From Wolbachia endosymbiont of Cimex lectularius (GTDB taxonomy: Bacteria; Pseudomonadota; Alphaproteobacteria; Rickettsiales; Anaplasmataceae), in assembly GCF_000829315.1 (NCBI RefSeq), contig NZ_AP013028.1, positions 930,001 to 962,000 on the forward strand: a stretch of 32,000 nt of DNA, given 5' to 3'. Below are positions 27,350-32,000 of this stretch, one piece after another. The notes beneath the pieces are model-generated. The model did not search any database. It saw only the letters and a program-made list of their open reading frames with translations, and was not told the DNA's origin. Position 1 is the stretch's first letter. Every line of letters begins with the position of its first letter. The translations under genes were made by a program, and so were the position numbers.

Positions 27350-28201
27350 ATGACTTTAACATTGGAAGAGTGGAAGGAGATGCTGCGTTCAGTACACTTC
27401 GGCAAATTAAGTGGTATATTTGAATAAATAAAAGAGGTGTTAAAAAAAGAACATAAAATTACATATGAGGAGTGGAAACAGAAAAATTTTAATGAAAACC
27501 ACTTGTTTATTGTATGTGCACGTGCACGTGCTAGTAGATTCGTTAAGACAATAAAATACACATTGTTGCATATAGCTATTTTTAGTGGCCGTTTAGATAT
27601 AGTTAAACACCTCATAGCAGATAAAAAGGCTGATGTTGATGCACGAGGTTCGGATGACAAAACTGCTTTACATTTGGCTGCTATGAATAACAAATTAGAG
27701 ATAGTAAAGGTTCTGTTAAACGCAAAAGCAGATCCTTTATTAAAAAATAAAAATGGTAAAACTCCAAGAGACCTAGCTACAGACGAAAATGTGAAATAGC
27801 TTTTAGAGGAGGCAGAAAACAAAAGAGTTGCAGATAGAGAAAACGTTCATTCTATACCAAATGAACCTAATAATAAGCCTTGTGCTGATGAGGCGAATAT
27901 TCCACACAGTACGAAAGGGAATAAGCTGCCTATTATAACTGCTTCCGCTGGCTTATTGTTGGGCCTGAGCATAGCATATCTTACAGGTGCTGCTACTTTG
28001 ACTCCTGTTGGTGTTGTTGTTGCGGTATTTCTTGCGGCTGCAGTGGGTGGTGCATTAGTTGGTTATGGTATTGGCAAGTTCTGTGAGAAAGTTAGTGAAG
28101 AGAAGCAAAAAAATCCTAATATGGGTACATGGGATGCTGCTAAGAGCGTGCTTTCTGATGTATTCACTACTGGACACTCTAAACCAGGGCATCAGGCGTA
28201 A
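27350..28201 (+). pseudogene. Ankyrin-repeat protein gene with C-terminal double-TM anchor, interrupted by two in-frame stop codons
   Basis: The ATG at 27350, ORF 27437-27799 (ANK repeats: TLLHIAIFSGRLDIVKHLI..., KTALHLAAMNNKLEIVKVLL...) and ORF 27956-28201 (hydrophobic GLSIAYLTGAATLTPVGVVVAVFLAAAVGGALVGYGIG) share one frame. Only the TAA at 27425-27427 and the TAG at 27797-27799 break it. Confidence 0.6.
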
Positions 28202-28624
28202 TTCAAATTGTTAAGTGTATGCTATAGCTAAAAGGGTTCTTCAAGACGACGTAGAGATATGGTATTGAGTGATAAAAAGGCAGAAAAATGTTAAAGCCAT
28301 GCTATTGTTCTATTTTTTAACGTTCGGGGAAATCTTACTTTGGTTAGCTACAGGCGAATTTATCTATTTGTCTTCCCAATAACAAAGGTTGGTGTTAAAT
28401 AAAGTTAAATTTATTAATACAATTACTATTCTTAAATTTGATCAGATTGATTGCAAAAAACAAGATTTTCAATAAGTTGCTTATATAGTTAGCCTTTCAT
28501 AGGTAGCAATGCAACAAAGCCACTGAGTTTACTGTTTTCATATTTTTCTCTCCCTAAAAGTCAATTAAATAAAAGTCTGTTTGGCTTTCACATAACTAAT
28601 TTTTTTTACCGTAATTACAGCAAA

Positions 28625-28906
28625 TTATTTTTGATAAGCGTCTTTCCTGTGTTCTATTGAAGTAATAACTACTGTATGTTCTAGCACATCCACATAGTAA
28701 AGTATACGATATGTACTTACCCGTAAACTACGTTGTCCACTTAAATTATGCTTCAATGGTTTGCCAAGTTCTATAGGATTAACTGTTAGGCGCTCCATTA
28801 TTGCCTTTTTAATCATAGACTTTACCTTTGCTGGAAGTGCTGGAATGTCTTTTTTAATGACAGATTCTGAATATTCTATATTATACGGCCTAGTCCCAGA
28901 AGACAT
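28625..28906 (-). CDS. Type II toxin, RelE/ParE family
   Basis: 93-aa ORF with the family-typical C-terminus (LRVSTYRILYYVDVLEHTVVITSIEHRKDAY). It overlaps the upstream small ORF. Confidence 0.8.
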   Translation of the reverse strand: MSSGTRPYNIEYSESVIKKDIPALPAKVKSMIKKAIMERLTVNPIELGKPLKHNLSGQRSLRVSTYRILYYVDVLEHTVVITSIEHRKDAYQK

Positions 28907-29099
28907 CTTGATGTCTAATCCTCTTTTCTTTATACCGTTCGTCAGCGATTTTAGATAATTCTATATCTTCAATTTCCTCTTCCATTAACTCAGTTAATAG
29001 TTTTAAAACAGATTTGTTTTGAGACTGGGCTACACTAGTGAGCAAACTATTCAACTGATCTTCAGGATTTACACAAGCTTTAGAATTCATATTAATCAT
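28890..29099 (-). CDS. Putative cognate antitoxin (RelB/StbD-like small acidic protein)
   Basis: 69-aa ORF immediately upstream of the RelE/ParE toxin gene, overlapping it by 17 nt. Its size and position fit an antitoxin. Family assignment is by context only. Confidence 0.55.
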   Translation of the reverse strand: MINMNSKACVNPEDQLNSLLTSVAQSQNKSVLKLLTELMEEEIEDIELSKIADERYKEKRIRHQDVFWD

Positions 29100-29364
29100 A
29101 TACTATAACTTATTACATTTTAACATTTTTATGCAATTTTGTCAACTATATCAAATCTCTAAAACTGTTTGTAATAATGAGCATCAACTACACGCTTAAG
29201 CGTTGCTTTTTCAGCTGGTTTCCAACCACCAAAACCAAGCTCTTTAAACGCTAACTGTTCGACCTGCTAATAATAGGAATTGATATTATACTGCCACAAA
29301 TGTATAGATCTTTTGCCTTATCGTTGTTATAATTAATACCTTGCTAAAAATTGAACATTAATAA

Positions 29365-30828
29365 ATGAATGAATTAAGAAAGCTGAGCATTACAGAGATG
29401 CACGATGGACTTAAACGGAAAGATTTTTCTGCTGTTGAACTTGTTGAGGCGCATATCAGCGCGGTAGAAAACGAGAAATTAAATGCATTTGTGACGAAAA
29501 CTCCAGAAATAGCAATAAAAGCCGCTAAAGCCGCAGATGAGCATTTTTCAAAACAAAAAAGTGATATGCCGCTCATGGGTATACCAGTTGGTGTTAAAGA
29601 TTTATTCTGCACAAAGGGAATAAAAACAACGGCATGCTCAAAAATGCTAGAAAACTTCGTTCCGACTTACGAATCTACAGTATCTGACTTGCTTTTAAAA
29701 AGTGGGGCGGTCATGCTCGGCAAGCTTAACATGGATGAATTTGCCATGGGCTCTGCGAACACAAATAGCTATTTCGGTTCTGTTGAAAATGTGTGGGCTA
29801 GAAAAAGTGATGGGGAAAAAGTTGTACCTGGTGGGTCATCTGGTGGATCCGCAGCATCGGTTGCTGGATTTTTATGCGCTGGAGCGCTCGGAAGTGACAC
29901 CGGTGGATCTGTGCGCCAGCCAGCAGCTTACTGTGGAGTAGTTGGAGCAAAGCCAACTTATGGAAGATGTTCGCGTTTTGGTATGATTGCATTTGCAAGT
30001 TCCCTGGACCAAGCAGGGGTCATTACTCGTTCCGTTTTTGACTCAGCATTAATGCTGGAAACGATTTGTGGCTATGACAGCAAAGATTCAACATCGAGTA
30101 AAAGGCCAGTGCCTAAATTTTCTAATTCTATAAACGGTAATGTCAAGGGTAAGCGCATTGGTATACCGAAAGAATATAGAATGGATGGAATTTCAGAAGA
30201 AATCGTCCATCATTGGGAAAAAGTTTCTTCCAATTTGAAAGAAAACGGTGCTGAAGTTATTGATATTACCTTGCCACACACTAAATATGCAATACCAGTC
30301 TATTATTTAATTTGTTCTGCTGAAGTTTCATCTAATCTTGCTCGTTATGATGGTGTGCGTTATGGATTCAGAGCTGATGCTGATACCCTCGAAGAAATGT
30401 ATTCACTAACAAGAGCAGAAGGTTTTGGAAAAGAGGTAAAAAGAAGAATCTTAATCGGTGCTTATGCACTTTTTTCAGGTCACTACAATGAATATTACGA
30501 AAAAGCACAATGTATTAGAGCATTAATCAGAAATGATTTTATAAAAGCATTTGAAAAAATAGATTACATACTCGTTCCATCTGCTCCAACAGAAGCTTTT
30601 GGCTTGAATGAAAAGCCAGATCCGCTAATTATGTGTATCAATGATGTCTTCACCGTACCAGCAAGTTTAGCTGGACTACCTGCTATTTCTGTTCCTGTTG
30701 GACTTTCCAATGAAGGTTTACCACTTGCTTTACAAGTAATTGGAAACTATTACGATGAAGCTGGAATATTGAATGTAGCAAATGTGATAGAGCAAAATTG
30801 TGGCAGAGTGATTGAACTGCATAGCTAG
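29365..30828 (+). CDS. gatA: Asp-tRNA(Asn)/Glu-tRNA(Gln) amidotransferase subunit A
   Basis: Amidase signature GGSSGGSAASVA...GSDTGGSVRQPAAYCG. 487 aa. Confidence 0.95.
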   Translation: MNELRKLSITEMHDGLKRKDFSAVELVEAHISAVENEKLNAFVTKTPEIAIKAAKAADEHFSKQKSDMPLMGIPVGVKDLFCTKGIKTTACSKMLENFVPTYESTVSDLLLKSGAVMLGKLNMDEFAMGSANTNSYFGSVENVWARKSDGEKVVPGGSSGGSAASVAGFLCAGALGSDTGGSVRQPAAYCGVVGAKPTYGRCSRFGMIAFASSLDQAGVITRSVFDSALMLETICGYDSKDSTSSKRPVPKFSNSINGNVKGKRIGIPKEYRMDGISEEIVHHWEKVSSNLKENGAEVIDITLPHTKYAIPVYYLICSAEVSSNLARYDGVRYGFRADADTLEEMYSLTRAEGFGKEVKRRILIGAYALFSGHYNEYYEKAQCIRALIRNDFIKAFEKIDYILVPSAPTEAFGLNEKPDPLIMCINDVFTVPASLAGLPAISVPVGLSNEGLPLALQVIGNYYDEAGILNVANVIEQNCGRVIELHS

Positions 30829-30844
30829 TCGTTAGTATGTCTGC

Positions 30845-31774
30845 TCAAAGAGGAACAAGTTTGGCAAAAAATAATGATATTATTAGTGGAACGTAAAATA
30901 GTCCCACTGCAGTACTGATGAGAAGCAGCAAAGTAGCTCTATCTGGTTGATAATTTAAAATATTAGCAAGTACTACACTGGATCCAGAAACTGGAATAAT
31001 AGCTAACAACATCAGCGCTTTATATATACTCTCATCGTATATACCTGTGATATGTTTGTCTATCAGGACAATTCCCAAAACAAATAATGGCCAGAATACG
31101 TACTTTGCTGTAATAGTGGTTAAAGCGAGTTTCCAATCTATTTTAAAATTTGTAATTTGTGCAATACTCACTCCAAGTAGCACCATTCCTAATGTAATAA
31201 ATGTACTTCTAATATTCATCATAACATCTGTTAGAAAAGCAGGTATTTGTATATCGCATACACTCAAAAAGAAGCCCAGAATCATCGCATAGGACGAAGG
31301 AAGTCTGAACAACCTGAACATGCATTCTTTTGCGGTGTATATACCATTTGCAGCTATATAAAATCCTAAGCTATTTTCAAACAGTGCCATTCCTATATAA
31401 CAGACAACATATACAGACACCGAATCTTCATCAAACAAAGTCATAGCAATTGGCAAGCCAAAATAACCCATACTTGTACTGCCTGAGCTAAATGCCAATA
31501 TGTTTTTCGTGTTGTCCTTAAATAAAAAAGAAGAAAGATAATACACCGATAAGGACATAGTACTACCTATAAACCATATCAAAATCGGCAAAGAAATTAC
31601 TTTTAAATTGACCTCTGTATGAGATACTCCATACAGAATCACTATTGGATTAGCTATATAAAAGAGTATTTGAGATATAGTATTTCTATCAATCTTAAGG
31701 CATTTTCCTGCTAAATAACCAATAAGTATTGTAATATAAATAGGTAATATTTTGAGAAAAAGGGTAAAGAACAT
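30845..31774 (-). CDS. AEC-family (auxin efflux carrier-type) membrane transporter
   Basis: 309-aa polytopic ORF. The N-terminus FLKILPIYITILIGYLAGK and the overall topology resemble AEC permeases. Confidence 0.75.
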   Translation of the reverse strand: MFFTLFLKILPIYITILIGYLAGKCLKIDRNTISQILFYIANPIVILYGVSHTEVNLKVISLPILIWFIGSTMSLSVYYLSSFLFKDNTKNILAFSSGSTSMGYFGLPIAMTLFDEDSVSVYVVCYIGMALFENSLGFYIAANGIYTAKECMFRLFRLPSSYAMILGFFLSVCDIQIPAFLTDVMMNIRSTFITLGMVLLGVSIAQITNFKIDWKLALTTITAKYVFWPLFVLGIVLIDKHITGIYDESIYKALMLLAIIPVSGSSVVLANILNYQPDRATLLLLISTAVGLFYVPLIISLFFAKLVPL

Positions 31775-32000
31775 ACTGCCTAATTATAATCCTTCTTGAT
31801 ACTTCCAACTGATAAATTGACATTAGATCTTAAGACATTATAAAAGTAAATAAAATTTATTTTCCAATTTACCCAACTCATAGTTATTTAAAAAGACCCA
31901 TTTAGTGCTAAGACCTGCTTTTACAAAGCATAAGAATGATATTTTTATGATAAAATTATGTTAAGTTTTTATAAAGCTTCTTGCATATCTTTCAATAGTG

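Noticed and set aside
29162-29266. Minus-strand 35-codon open frame (QVEQLAFKELGFGGWKPAEKATLKRVVDAHYYKQF) between the TA pair and gatA
   Set aside because: It is bounded by a stop immediately upstream and has no start codon. It is probably the C-terminal remnant of a lost gene, and is too short for me to assign or call as a feature.
1-32000. CRISPR array, rRNA operon, or a recognisable multi-gene defence or secretion system
   Set aside because: I found no regularly spaced short direct repeats, no rRNA-like conserved stretches and no cas-like, RT-like or helicase/nuclease operon. The repeats present are IS copies, MITE-like palindromes and the promoter-bearing module.
31961-32000. Possible 3' end of a minus-strand gene at the right window edge (...TIERYARSFIKT, then stop)
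   Set aside because: Only about 12 codons are visible, which is too little to support a call.

Overview
AT-rich, gene-dense window. By inference it is a Wolbachia-type (Anaplasmataceae) chromosome segment: the cues are several ankyrin-repeat genes, multi-copy IS5-family elements, an Rpn-family nuclease gene, an isolated HK97-type portal gene and Rickettsiales-like housekeeping blocks. Housekeeping content: a partial sensor histidine kinase, argD, coaD, the cdsA-uppS-frr-pyrH-tsf-rpsB block, mnmA, an ldcA-like gene with lipB, dnaN, truA, ribE with a cvpA-like gene, smpB-lgt, gatA, an AEC transporter, tRNA-Phe and tRNA-Asp. Accessory content: (1) three near-identical 860/861-bp IS5-family elements with 18-bp perfect terminal inverted repeats and 3-bp TAA/TTA flanks. 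One cleanly splits an ankyrin-like membrane protein gene, and two abut truncated gene remnants. (2) A MITE-like palindromic repeat family in at least three intergenic sites, one inside the frr-uppS spacer. (3) A second repeat family of about 300 bp that carries a near-consensus sigma70 promoter and a conserved 3' module. One copy lies upstream of the Rpn nuclease gene, and one, with a tandem 3' module, lies in a roughly 1-kb noncoding gap. (4) Ankyrin genes and pseudogenes with C-terminal transmembrane hairpins. (5) A RelE/ParE-type toxin-antitoxin pair. (6) A decayed gene of unknown function next to IS copy 1. No CRISPR array, rRNA or recognisable complete defence operon was seen. The most unexplained signal is the promoter-bearing repeat family, a candidate ncRNA.
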